Shown in pieces: positions 20,401 through 27,919 of a DNA stretch of 64,000 bases. Position 1 is the stretch's first letter. Every line of letters begins with the position of its first letter. Below the pieces are notes generated by a model. The model did no database searches. It had not been told where the DNA came from and saw only the letters and a program-made list of their open reading frames with translations. Source of the DNA: Candidatus Micrarchaeota archaeon. Lineage in GTDB: Archaea; Micrarchaeota; Micrarchaeia; Norongarragalinales; SBBD01. Position numbers and translations under genes: made by a program. The DNA lies in contig JACRGC010000001.1 in assembly GCA_016212475.1 (NCBI GenBank), positions 9,862-73,861 of the forward strand. Direction: 5' to 3'.

Positions 20401-21369
20401 ATAAATTTTGGCGCCAACTGCGTCAACATTCTCAAATGTTGCCTTCCCCGAATCAAATGTCCTTGAAAACCCAATTTCAGCATTCGTGCTAAATAAATGG
20501 AGGTGCACATTTGCATCAACAGGCATTCCCTTCGAATCAACAACATAAACCAAAACTTCTCCCGTGCCCGTCAATTTCCCTCCATCATCAATTGGCACAA
20601 CCGCTTTTTTCCTAAGAGTTGCCGTCTTAGTCCTTTCATTTTCCGCAAATATGCTAACCTGCTCTTCAACGTAATTGTTTTTCGAAACCGTCAAGCTAAG
20701 TTCCGATTTTGAATTTTGAGCAAACAAAACCGCGCTGCCCGAAGCATCCGTAGATGTGGTTTCGAAATTTCCAGTTTCAGAATCAAAATATGAAACCAAT
20801 GCAGAATCAATTGGGACCCCGTCGGAATCCTTGACTTTGAGCGTAATTGATATTTTCTCCTCTTTTACGCTTTTGGAAGATAGGGAAAAAGTTAAGTCTT
20901 CTTGCTCTTTTGAAATAGTGATGGTTTTTTCATCGGAAACATACCCCTCTTTATCAATTTTAAGGGTTGCGCTTTTTCCAATTGGAACATTTGCAAATTC
21001 AACGATTCCTTCGCTATTTGTTTTAAGCGCCTTGAATTCCTTCCCATCGATTTGCAGGGAAACAAGCGCGCCATCAAGCGGGATCCCAGACTGCGCAACA
21101 TTCACTTTAAGGGTTGTGGTTGCCGACCCTGCCTGATTTGAAAATATGAAAATTGCAGTGATTGCAATAATTAGGAGGATTCCAATGAATGCAGGAAATG
21201 ATGGAATTCCGCGGCTTTCAATTGGCGTTACAAACGAATCATAAATTGGGATTTTCAAGTTTTGCTGCAAGTAATCGCAAAACCCGTAGTACGCATCCTC
21301 AATGCTGGTGTAAAAACCCGATCTTTCCTGCGCCATAGATTCACGTGAATAACAAGTATGTTCAAACAA
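14494..21369 (-). CDS. giant (2291 aa) membrane-anchored extracellular protein with tandem beta-sandwich (carboxypeptidase-regulatory/Ig-like) domains
   Basis: One continuous ORF. Short cytoplasmic N-terminus, then a TM helix (FPAFIGILLIIAITAIFIF). More than 10 repeats of ~80-90 aa of type VxVxDxxGxPIxxAxV...TDxxGxxxF. Also a Cys-rich knot CPSLEKFCATDAQCGSGFVCTENSC. Confidence 0.7.
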   Translation of the reverse strand: MFEHTCYSRESMAQERSGFYTSIEDAYYGFCDYLQQNLKIPIYDSFVTPIESRGIPSFPAFIGILLIIAITAIFIFSNQAGSATTTLKVNVAQSGIPLDGALVSLQIDGKEFKALKTNSEGIVEFANVPIGKSATLKIDKEGYVSDEKTITISKEQEDLTFSLSSKSVKEEKISITLKVKDSDGVPIDSALVSYFDSETGNFETTSTDASGSAVLFAQNSKSELSLTVSKNNYVEEQVSIFAENERTKTATLRKKAVVPIDDGGKLTGTGEVLVYVVDSKGMPVDANVHLHLFSTNAEIGFSRTFDSGKATFENVDAVGAKIYVVAEPRKSDLLQTYDGSGDAQILTSKDPLEFNVVLEKTTSRDKNITLLVSDKQGAAIAQVSVKIYNQDTGIPLSTSKSTNADGKIAFSTDKLVYATFSKEGYLPTYELDLIAGDDRSIVLQKISDDSVGSVNVKVIDFDGELVQGAKVNLMTQEGYFAGIKEAISMEDGIAKFENVPIELLGDEAKYIAKGNFESVSGSSSMFLPQVNEVVEIPLKLNQAKGTAIISLKDATNGKPINSGKASAYLRMDDSKIIDCNDFSSGTCTIDIPANKLIYFKISSQNFVDYESEDFFVEPLEKKNFEGALIPSALKDELAVYFEGVSALDGNGVFSRNPSTLTKGNYYNAKFVLNIPSNSEKAGIFIKASSRDAVEAESDIVYIDSYSKPENAIITKGFAFRPSDNCKLDSGINEEADDKPVKWLNYEYRKQQSSKAIIVKVFVKPLAKTTDEIAFDYRGYSAIGKVFARTPEDSAFGRNERTDAKDWCYAAANKTKFTVIEDRFKCNDNACTSLLFENANGQKVSKGFSVDVGSKFASFVSIRALSAIGNSAYLKITTQPELKIFEFNVGETTGNAQGKNSQLISLDDMQAGKLLQGKISMQGIIPAGYSKIDLEIGNADGVLQSFGAYITVSGTNNMVMAASPLLIEANDESKIKVSLTNAIDGSQITDAVVSIEETDGNVFDGAVPYEIVGENAKDAGEDGVYAFNRLHPYNTGKFKIVAKREGFRDAEKEVVVKLNEFLSASSKSLILSCDGNTIDVANLLDAKITVKAQSACLEILGDGVTNLEQRGMNVNFDLLAKKSKSLILNPLKQGNVCDLNIDAEATGGAHANLKISSKVTCPSLEKFCATDAQCGSGFVCTENSCVKENVVVPYADLPDPIVIDLDENYGFVSDYSLVKVAQGSTVTGCEIKSPETDEIQKMQTYVSVDCATHANILTLTADYSTHPKYTQPAIPTYDPNSAMQVQAASKLEFADEKASKISFAEEVSPSPTAPVLQMEPIHIGRLYITFANRAQKTVVIKVNGPKSPFAQVGGSGVVYITPTGFNPIRVNIPENGKVIWVNADKVARSVKQSSFNSPNILPGKPYEHVFDKTGIYNYYDGTRTATKGVIEVGNLDKVCRYKNANYFAQRFIGHLARSAVSFFNPSDGKSQQIAYSSVYKFFVRPNGVTAAIQPGLAMPQVYGNGFNPMTQAYSPNDQVTQSEQLFREQFGGSGTLAGAYHQGICEVKGAGFDCNVVITPLLPTNGMAFTIVNDYALYSASPDQLLIKGTLNEKDIRYLRAVQVDKIGVDGFINGKLTAINDLVANAPRYATFILMNKPSMIEYYMKDGYLAIRFKEHAGDTLDQKINVAFPNRNQAFTITVHFTIDNKIGKFALINVPSEAPIARVGTNGAKEPSFLVNNVPSANLANANLEQGGLGLENIYYYEQNKAQKEIESITLGRGDKIKADTIALPIPPIDAKAKVSDFDVVGNPLTGEFKNDDPLYCSKDGFCTFDDGANTLKKFSAEIGELQKPVIVQRIDFAGFGDYAARRFAEAFSLTMKDYLADKAQFELCKGIDAITGGICRQGGPVQDPTDYNCYKGGEYCDNSVSGGELWAITKEQFGRAACDSEVVNNLQAAFAGQGNFDLVKAKIMQKLLGDPAYMPRIQYTKPIVGTDNFKISVILKRAADGSESGYVVDSVKLFDKSENGLGQEGFFPLLDLTKSDDEQINTQKTATPISTIAPLIPIKPPSGALDLLRIAGKNQPPSYFYTELDGSNYGIKFDSPGKPNLFTMNKYPFNFADDKLKANVFDDAELKKLIISDKEADPRAIKVESCYFGVMSQDMESNMVLNNMFTDANKCKVDVIDAITIEKMKTNEIPSKIIMKYDEAKKENKLMIAIGKEYNACKMQVNPVSGSDQCILDANVPKIDYSDSSKKLVRAALKVLFDEAMETTSTSINNAAVNLVRKPQDVSANSWDVFMQRIASGNPNTQG

Positions 21370-21427
21370 ATAAAAGCCTACCTATTTTTTAGGATGGTTA
21401 AGTGGACAATATTTATTTGACAAACCC

Positions 21428-21473
21428 AAGGGGGGTGACCCCCCTTAGTTTTGTCGGATGCCCAAACCCCCCC
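21428..21473. promoter_or_regulatory. near-perfect palindrome aaggggggtgacccccctt plus tgcccaaaccccccc motif in a divergent intergenic region
   Basis: Palindrome at 21428-21446. C-run motif at 21459-21473, which recurs at 48609-48627. Confidence 0.35.
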
Positions 21474-21739
21474 TGGGCGCAAAAATTAATTGCTTTAGCT
21501 GTTGGATGAAGCGGTCAATTAGTTATTATGCCTCTAGAAACCCACGCCTTTAGGCGTGGGTAATTCATGATTATCTGCGGCATTTTTGCCAATTAAAGTC
21601 CGATTTTTCCAGATTTGCTTGCAGTTTTTGGATATTCGGCCCTGGTTTATCCATGTCAAAGCGCAGTTTTTGCAATTTTTCCGCATAGCATTAGGATTTT
21701 TAACTTCCCTAAATCATATTAGCTGTTCAAGGGATTCAT

Positions 21740-22087
21740 ATGGCGCTTTATGACCAGATTTTGGATTTTGCAATAGTTGCGGAATTGCTGTTTCTTCTCT
21801 ACATCCTCTTGAAGGGCGCACCAAAATTCCAAACAAGGCAGCATTCAAGGGAAAGCCTAAAAAAGCAAAAAGAGCTCTCAAGAATAAAGGAGGATGCTCT
21901 AAGCAAGCTCAATGTATTGCTTGATAAAAGAGGCAAGCTTCAGCGCTTCATTTCAGATGCCAAAAAAAGGTACATGAAGGGCGAAATCACTTATGAAGCC
22001 ATGCAAATATTGATCGAGGATGCAACAAAAAGGCTAATCGAGCTTGAAGAGCAATTGGAGGATTTTGAGCATATTTACAGGGGATGA
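21740..22087 (+). CDS. hypothetical small membrane/coiled-coil protein
   Basis: 115 aa. One N-terminal TM (ILDFAIVAELLFLLYILL), then a charged helical region. Confidence 0.35.
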   Translation: MALYDQILDFAIVAELLFLLYILLKGAPKFQTRQHSRESLKKQKELSRIKEDALSKLNVLLDKRGKLQRFISDAKKRYMKGEITYEAMQILIEDATKRLIELEEQLEDFEHIYRG

Positions 22088-22189
22088 AGAAAAATTATGA
22101 TTTTGAGTTATTTACAAAAGTTGGAATGATGGCGAAATTAATGATCCTAAGAATTTGCAACGGATGAAATCAAACAGGGATGAAATTGC

Positions 22190-23104
22190 ATGGCAGAACT
22201 TATCGATGGCAAAAAAATCGCACAAAAAGTGCTTGAGGAAGTAAAAGCCGAGCTTATATTGCTCCATAAAAGGAACATCAAGCCCTCACTTACGGTTGTT
22301 TTGGTTGGAAACGACCCTGCTTCTGAAATTTATGTCAATTCCAAGGAAAAGAAGGCAAATGAGCTTGGCATCCTCTCAAACAAAATCGTGCTTACAAGGC
22401 ATACTTCCGAGCGCGAATTGTTGGAACTTATTGAAAAGCTAAACAAGGAGCCGCAAGTTAGCGCCATACTTGTCCAATTCCCGCTTCCTCCACAAATAGA
22501 TGAACGAAGGGTTAGGGATGCCATTTCTCCCAAAAAGGATGTTGATGGCCTAAATTCCCAAAACATTGGGAAACTAATAAATGGCGATGAAACCTTAGCT
22601 CCTTGCACCCCAAAAGGGATTGCCAGATTATTGAAGGAATACAATGTCGATGTGGAGGGGAAAAATGCTGTTGTTGTTGGAAGATCCCTTCTTGTTGGAA
22701 AGCCAATTGCTAATATGCTTCTTAACCGCAATGCAACGGTTTCAATTTGCCACTCCAAAACCTACAACCTTATTGATTACACCAAGAACGCAGACATTTT
22801 GGTTGTTGCTGTTGGAAAATCGCATTTCATAACCGCCGACATGGTTAGGCAGGGCGCAGTTGTGATTGATGTTGGCGTAAACCGCGTAAAAACCAAATCC
22901 TTGTATGAAAATGCATTGGTAATCAAGGAAGATGTGGACCAGGCGGCCAAAATCACCGGCGATGTTGAATTTGATGCCGTTAGCAAAAAAGCCAAACTTA
23001 TAACGCCGGTTCCAGGGGGAGTTGGCCCAATGACAATTGCTATGCTTATGCAAAACACGATCAATTGCGCAAAACTAGCAAACCACATAAGGCGGCTTTC
23101 ATAA
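22190..23104 (+). CDS. folD: bifunctional 5,10-methylene-tetrahydrofolate dehydrogenase/cyclohydrolase
   Basis: 304 aa. MAELIDGKKIAQKVLEEV..., VVLVGNDPASEIYV, GRSLLVGKPIANMLL, PVPGGVGPMTIAMLM. Confidence 0.9.
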   Translation: MAELIDGKKIAQKVLEEVKAELILLHKRNIKPSLTVVLVGNDPASEIYVNSKEKKANELGILSNKIVLTRHTSERELLELIEKLNKEPQVSAILVQFPLPPQIDERRVRDAISPKKDVDGLNSQNIGKLINGDETLAPCTPKGIARLLKEYNVDVEGKNAVVVGRSLLVGKPIANMLLNRNATVSICHSKTYNLIDYTKNADILVVAVGKSHFITADMVRQGAVVIDVGVNRVKTKSLYENALVIKEDVDQAAKITGDVEFDAVSKKAKLITPVPGGVGPMTIAMLMQNTINCAKLANHIRRLS

Positions 23105-23223
23105 TATTTGAAGTAAAACTTGGAATTTAGCTTCTGAAAAAAACTCCCAAGCTTCCATTGTTCGCTTAAAACTTGCATTCAGGCCCAAATAATCAGGTTA
23201 AAATAACAATTCATATTTAGTAG

Positions 23224-24099
23224 TTGGATAATATGGCATTCATCGACGCGCTTCGCGATAAATTCGTAAAACGTTCCCCTATCCTGATTTTCCTATTGGG
23301 CTATATTTCATCCGTTTTTGGTGTTTTAACTGCTTTCCTGATTTTTCCGGATGATGTTGGACTCATGGGCCTGGCATTTGGTTCGCTAATAATGCAGCCA
23401 TTCCTATCAAAGCTCCTTGCCAATGAGGATAAAATTGTTTATCGGCAAAAGAGATTTTCAAGAAAACTTTTCAGCGACCACTCCCAAACCTTCAAAACCA
23501 TTTTTTTGCTGTTCCTTGGAGTCATGCTCGCATACTCCACAATGTATCTTTATTCCAACCAGATCCGTGTGAGGAATCTGTTCGACACTCAGTTAGATAG
23601 ATTTGTAAACACCGGAAGCGCGGCATCGAACCAAGTTGTTGGAAGCGCAATTACTGGCTCGGCTTCGCTTGAGTGCAAAACCCAATTCGATTGCTTCCTT
23701 GGGATTTCAGCCAACAATTTCCGCGTAATGCTAGTTGCGCTATTGCTATCGCTTCTCTACGGCGCAGGCGCAATGCTTTTCCTTTCATGGAACGCATCCG
23801 TTTGGGGTACGGTTTTTGCCTATTATGCAAAAAACAGCGCGTTCACAACCGGATCCGCCAAATATGCTGCATTTTCCGAACTTTTGGTTAGGGTTTTCCC
23901 GCACACATTCCTTGAAGCATCAGCGTACTTCCTTGCGGTAATTGCGGGTTTGGTAATTTCAAAAGCGCTCCTTCGCGAAAAACTTTGGTCGCCAAGGTTC
24001 AATTTCGTAATTCGGGACGGAATGCTTTTCTTTTACCTCTCAATAATAATAATTTTCGTTGCAGCCTATATAGAAGTGTATTTGCTCCCATTTTTCTAG
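23224..24099 (+). CDS. integral membrane protein, SpoIIM/DUF95-like
   Basis: 291 aa and multi-TM. PHTFLEASAYFLAVIAGL resembles the DUF95 H-G-x-x-E-l motif. Confidence 0.35.
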   Translation: MDNMAFIDALRDKFVKRSPILIFLLGYISSVFGVLTAFLIFPDDVGLMGLAFGSLIMQPFLSKLLANEDKIVYRQKRFSRKLFSDHSQTFKTIFLLFLGVMLAYSTMYLYSNQIRVRNLFDTQLDRFVNTGSAASNQVVGSAITGSASLECKTQFDCFLGISANNFRVMLVALLLSLLYGAGAMLFLSWNASVWGTVFAYYAKNSAFTTGSAKYAAFSELLVRVFPHTFLEASAYFLAVIAGLVISKALLREKLWSPRFNFVIRDGMLFFYLSIIIIFVAAYIEVYLLPFF

Positions 24100-24158
24100 T
24101 TTGCCAATCCTTCCATATGCCAACCCTTCCGCCCTGTTTTATCAAAAAGTTACAAATA

Positions 24159-24479
24159 TCAGGCGATTGAAAAAGTTATCAGCTTGGGGCTTGCAACCCT
24201 AACTTCCAATATTCCCTTATCCTTTAAGTTCAAAGCGGTAATTATTTCCTTTGGAATCCTAAACACAAAAGAGTTTCCAACCTTTGCAATTTTTGCGTGC
24301 AATTTTTTCTCATTTTGCAGTTTATTTATTGCAAAAATCCTTCCGGCATCTTCCGAATGTATAGTTTTTTCCCCGCAATTTTGGCAGCTAAAGCCCCTGA
24401 CATCATATCCCCTAAAGCCGAATTTGGATTCTTTAGCAAAGTGTCCGCAAACATGGCACTTAATTTTATCGCTTTTCAT
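24159..24479 (-). CDS. Zn-ribbon plus SpoVT/AbrB-like domain protein (putative antitoxin/regulator)
   Basis: 106 aa. CHVCGH...CQNCGE zinc ribbon, then C-terminal VGNSFVFRIPKEIITALNLKDKGILEV, a swapped-hairpin AbrB/MazE-like fold. Confidence 0.5.
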   Translation of the reverse strand: MKSDKIKCHVCGHFAKESKFGFRGYDVRGFSCQNCGEKTIHSEDAGRIFAINKLQNEKKLHAKIAKVGNSFVFRIPKEIITALNLKDKGILEVRVASPKLITFSIA

Positions 24480-24481
24480 TT

Positions 24482-24751
24482 TTATCGCCTCGAATACTTG
24501 CCTGCATGGATTATCAGCCAGATATGCTCCTTTGAAAAATATTGATGTGATTTGGCAACCACAATTTTTCTTGTTTTTGCGCCTTTTTGGAGTTCAATTT
24601 CGAAAATTCCCTCCTTTCTTGATCTTGATTCCTTGCCATTTTCGAGGATTTCCAAAATCTCCGCCTCATCCCAGCGCAATTCCATTATTTCTCCGGATCC
24701 TGCGAACGTATAATCGACCCGGCGCCCCTTCCAATACAGCATTGAACTCAC
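24482..24751 (-). CDS. DUF4258-like small protein (putative toxin partner)
   Basis: 86-89 aa with GTG start at 24751 or ATG at 24742. YTFAGSGEIMELRWDEAEILEIL resembles the DUF4258 Y-T-x-H-A...R.I motif. Lies 2 nt upstream of the AbrB-like gene. Confidence 0.4.
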   Translation of the reverse strand: MSSMLYWKGRRVDYTFAGSGEIMELRWDEAEILEILENGKESRSRKEGIFEIELQKGAKTRKIVVAKSHQYFSKEHIWLIIHAGKYSRR

Positions 24752-24762
24752 CGCCTCTTGCT

Positions 24763-24784
24763 GTATATACTTTAAAGTATATAC
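24763..24784. promoter_or_regulatory. 22-nt perfect palindrome gtatatactttaaagtatatac (operator/TATA) just upstream of the DUF4258-like gene
   Basis: Perfect inverted repeat 12-20 nt upstream of the start codon of the two-gene module. Confidence 0.5.
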
Positions 24785-24922
24785 TTACAAGTATATATTG
24801 ATTGCGCCTCCACAATACATCTCCAAAATCAATGCTTAAATTGGTTGGCAGGGGTCTTTTCGGGTGAAAATAGGCTTTATGCAAAACTTTCCATTAGGGG
24901 ATTTTTTCCTTTCCCAAATTAA

Positions 24923-25693
24923 CTAGCTTTTCAGTTTCTCCAAAAGTTTTTTGTGAAGCGCACCATTGCTTGCAACAAAATTAAAGTATTTTTCCGTAAG
25001 ATCTATCGCTTTCCCATCGTGCGAGCTGGTTTTGCCTTTCGCCTCATGCAAAATTGCGCATCCGGCAGCCACATCCCAAGTGTAAAGGTAAGCTGAAATG
25101 AACGCATCGAACCTTCCGCACGCAACATATGCCAAATCCATTGCAGCCGAACCCAAAGTCCTAACCCTATGGTGCAGCGCAAGCTTTTTTTCCAAAAGAA
25201 GGGTTTGCCGTATTACATTTTCCTTGGGGGGCATCTCAACTGCAAGCGCCAAATCATAGAATTTTTTTTGCTTTGATGCAAAAATTCTTTTTCCATTCAA
25301 AAAAGCGCCCTTCCCAATTTCAGCGGAAAACATCTCATCCATTGTTGGGACATAAATTGCGCCTGCAATTGGCTTTTTCCCATCCAAAAGGCCAACAGAA
25401 ACACAAAAAAGCGGATTATCGTGCGCAAAATTCCCCGTGCCATCGATTGGGTCCACAATCCACCTAAAATTCGATCCGTGCGTGTTGAAGGGCGATTCCT
25501 CAGAGAGGAAATCGTGATCGTAAAAATTATCCTCAATTAGTATTTTATGCAAAAGCTCCTCGGATTCCTTATCCGCAATTGTTGCAATGTCCCGCTTTGC
25601 CTTGAAATGGATTCCTTTTTCCTTTCCCTTGAATTCCAAAACAAGTTCTCCGGCCTCCCTGGCTGCCTTTTTTGCAACATCAACAAATTTCAT
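24923..25693 (-). CDS. suhB: inositol monophosphatase / fructose-1,6-bisphosphatase family protein
   Basis: 256 aa. WIVDPIDGTGNF plus downstream WDVAAG are IMPase signatures. Confidence 0.85.
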   Translation of the reverse strand: MKFVDVAKKAAREAGELVLEFKGKEKGIHFKAKRDIATIADKESEELLHKILIEDNFYDHDFLSEESPFNTHGSNFRWIVDPIDGTGNFAHDNPLFCVSVGLLDGKKPIAGAIYVPTMDEMFSAEIGKGAFLNGKRIFASKQKKFYDLALAVEMPPKENVIRQTLLLEKKLALHHRVRTLGSAAMDLAYVACGRFDAFISAYLYTWDVAAGCAILHEAKGKTSSHDGKAIDLTEKYFNFVASNGALHKKLLEKLKS

Positions 25694-25868
25694 AATTGAA
25701 TAAACGCAAAACCCCTATTATAATGCTTTGCCGAATTGCCAAATTTACCGGGGTTTTCCAAAAACCGCAATACGTAGCGTTTGCATTTGCCAATTCTTCT
25801 ATAGATGGGCATTTAAAAAAGCTTAAAAACACTTAGTGCATTAAAATTGATTATTAGAGTACTTACAG

Positions 25869-26243
25869 GTGAGATTTATGGGAATTTTCTCTTCTTTGAG
25901 CAAGGCGCTTGGTTTTACAAAAGACATAAACGTCGAAGAATTCATGTCCGCTGCGGAAGCTGAGGACGTTGATGTGATGCACAAATCCGCGGATTATTAT
26001 GTCAAGCCAATTGCCCTGCAAAACGAGGGCGATGTTGCAGCTGTCAAGGACGAGCTAAACAACAAGAACCACGTCCTTTTGAACTTTTCGCCAATCATGA
26101 GGAACCCAGCCAAGCTTAAGCAAGTGGTTGGAGAGCTCAAAAGCTTTGTTGGCTCCATAAACGGCGACATTGCAAGGATTGATGAGGATAAGATTCTTCT
26201 GACTCCGGCCAATGTCAAAATCGTCAAGAAAAGGCATGGGTAA
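25869..26243 (+). CDS. sepF: cell division protein SepF-like (DUF552)
   Basis: 124 aa. YYVKPIALQNEGDVAAVKDELNNKNHVLLNFSPIMRNPAKLKQVVGELKSFVGSINGDIARIDEDKILLTPANVKI matches the SepF core, with its FtsZ-binding fold. Confidence 0.55.
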   Translation: MRFMGIFSSLSKALGFTKDINVEEFMSAAEAEDVDVMHKSADYYVKPIALQNEGDVAAVKDELNNKNHVLLNFSPIMRNPAKLKQVVGELKSFVGSINGDIARIDEDKILLTPANVKIVKKRHG

Positions 26244-26250
26244 TCTTCCA

Positions 26251-26685
26251 ATGGCGGTCGCAGAAACCAAAATAAAGGAGCATCGTGATGGTGGCTTTGA
26301 TATTTCCATTCCAGAATGGGATTTGACTGCCAAATACCGCGAGTTTGCCAATGATGTTGCGGATAATCGCATTGAAAAATTTAAAGCAAATGCCAAAGCG
26401 TTGGGATTTTCGTTGTTGCCAACAAGAAAAAGCCAAGCCCGTGCAGCAATAAATACTGCCAACGCAAAAGAAATTGACGAAAAAATTGCCAATTTATTCA
26501 AATCCCACGGACGAACGTTTTTGAGCAGTATTCATGTGGATGAACGGACCAATGGGAAAATAATCAATTTGATCAAAACCAGCAAAACTCCCGTGTATCT
26601 TAAGGTTGCAGGAAGGGCTATAAAACTAACCACTTATTCTCCATTTTTACGCCATAATGTCGAAGTCAAGCGCGAAACTATTTAA
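26251..26685 (+). CDS. hypothetical protein
   Basis: Reported ORF starts at 26212 and overlaps the sepF 3' end. The in-frame ATG at 26251 (MAVAETK...) follows the sepF stop. Confidence 0.35.
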   Translation: MAVAETKIKEHRDGGFDISIPEWDLTAKYREFANDVADNRIEKFKANAKALGFSLLPTRKSQARAAINTANAKEIDEKIANLFKSHGRTFLSSIHVDERTNGKIINLIKTSKTPVYLKVAGRAIKLTTYSPFLRHNVEVKRETI

Positions 26686-26687
26686 AT

Positions 26688-27239
26688 TTGCAATCGCCAA
26701 AGAAACCTAATCTGCAAGAAAAGGAAAAAGGTAGCATGAATAAAATGGCATCCGAACCCGAAAAATTGCAAACCCGCATAAAAAGCAATGAGCGCTATGG
26801 GGAGTTCAAGGCCATAATGCCCGCAAATGAATTAACCCCTAGATGGAAGGATTTTGTCTTTAAGGTAGGCAAGATTCGGAAAGAAAAATACCGACTTCAG
26901 CGCAAAAAGGCAATTCTGATATTGTTGCCAACCAAGGCTGCAAGGCAGGCTAGGGAAAAAATCGCTTTTGAGATTGAAAATAAGAATCTGGCGCTAAAGA
27001 AGTTATTCGAGCCTTTGCAAAATATTACTGAAGTTAATTTCCACCTTGATGGCAAAATCAACCGTCGAATCAATGTTAGTCTTATAAATTCTCCAAAGCT
27101 TGCCTCCCTAACAGTATTCAAGAATAAGCTTATTTTGGATAATAATCGGGCTCCGGCATTCAGGTATGGCGCATCCCTTTGGAATTTGAATAAAACCGGC
27201 AAAAAAATAAAGGAGTCGAACTCCAAATCCAACCTTTAG
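26688..27239 (+). CDS. hypothetical basic protein
   Basis: 183-aa ORF 2 nt after the previous stop. No motif recognised. Confidence 0.35.
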   Translation: MQSPKKPNLQEKEKGSMNKMASEPEKLQTRIKSNERYGEFKAIMPANELTPRWKDFVFKVGKIRKEKYRLQRKKAILILLPTKAARQAREKIAFEIENKNLALKKLFEPLQNITEVNFHLDGKINRRINVSLINSPKLASLTVFKNKLILDNNRAPAFRYGASLWNLNKTGKKIKESNSKSNL

Positions 27240-27871
27240 AGGAATTTCGAGATCCTAACTTGCTTTTCCGTTTGTTTTGGCTTTTGGATTTTTGCTTTTT
27301 TTGACCTTTCGCGTTTTGGAAGCTCTTCTTTCACATAAGATGCCAAGCTTTCAATTGCCTCATTGGTTATGATTTTGTTGTAGTTGATTTTTGGCAAATC
27401 CTCCATCTCTGATTCTGAAAATGAGCTTAGGACGACAAGCCCAGCTTCTTCAGAAATCAGGAAATAATACGGCGGCTCAAGCGGCCTTGAGATGTATTTT
27501 ACCCCATTGAAGCCCTTTGAAATTTTCCTATGCATAATAAGCCATTCATGCTCATCTTCCTCCACTTCAAGTGTTGATGCATTAAGCTTATCCAATTCAT
27601 CCCCAAAATATCTCTTGAAATGCAATAGAAGCGAGCGCTGTGAAACCCCAATTAATACGCCCGAATATGGTTCATGAACGTGCCTTAGCTTTATTTCCGC
27701 AGTTTTTCCAAGGTACCTTGAATTCAAAAGCGGTGTTTGGAATATCAATGGGTAGTAGAACTCATCTTCCGAAGCTATGACCTTTGAATAGTGCTGCTTA
27801 TCCAAAATGAAAAACTCCACCAAAATCCCCAAATGACTAAGTTTCCTGCAATTTATATTCCTAGCCCCCAA
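27236..27871 (-). CDS. hypothetical protein
   Basis: 211-aa ORF convergent with the previous gene (4-nt overlap) and divergent from nadA. Confidence 0.35.
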   Translation of the reverse strand: MGARNINCRKLSHLGILVEFFILDKQHYSKVIASEDEFYYPLIFQTPLLNSRYLGKTAEIKLRHVHEPYSGVLIGVSQRSLLLHFKRYFGDELDKLNASTLEVEEDEHEWLIMHRKISKGFNGVKYISRPLEPPYYFLISEEAGLVVLSSFSESEMEDLPKINYNKIITNEAIESLASYVKEELPKRERSKKAKIQKPKQTEKQVRISKFL

Positions 27872-27919
27872 AACAAATACCCATATAAATTAAGATTTGG
27901 ACAATTAAGCTGGTTTACA

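Noticed and set aside
14504-21136. Many 60-200 aa plus-strand ORFs
   Set aside because: All lie antisense within the continuous 2291-aa gene.
24184-24801. 205-aa plus-strand ORF
   Set aside because: Antisense to the two-gene TA-like module. Hydrophobic low-complexity translation.
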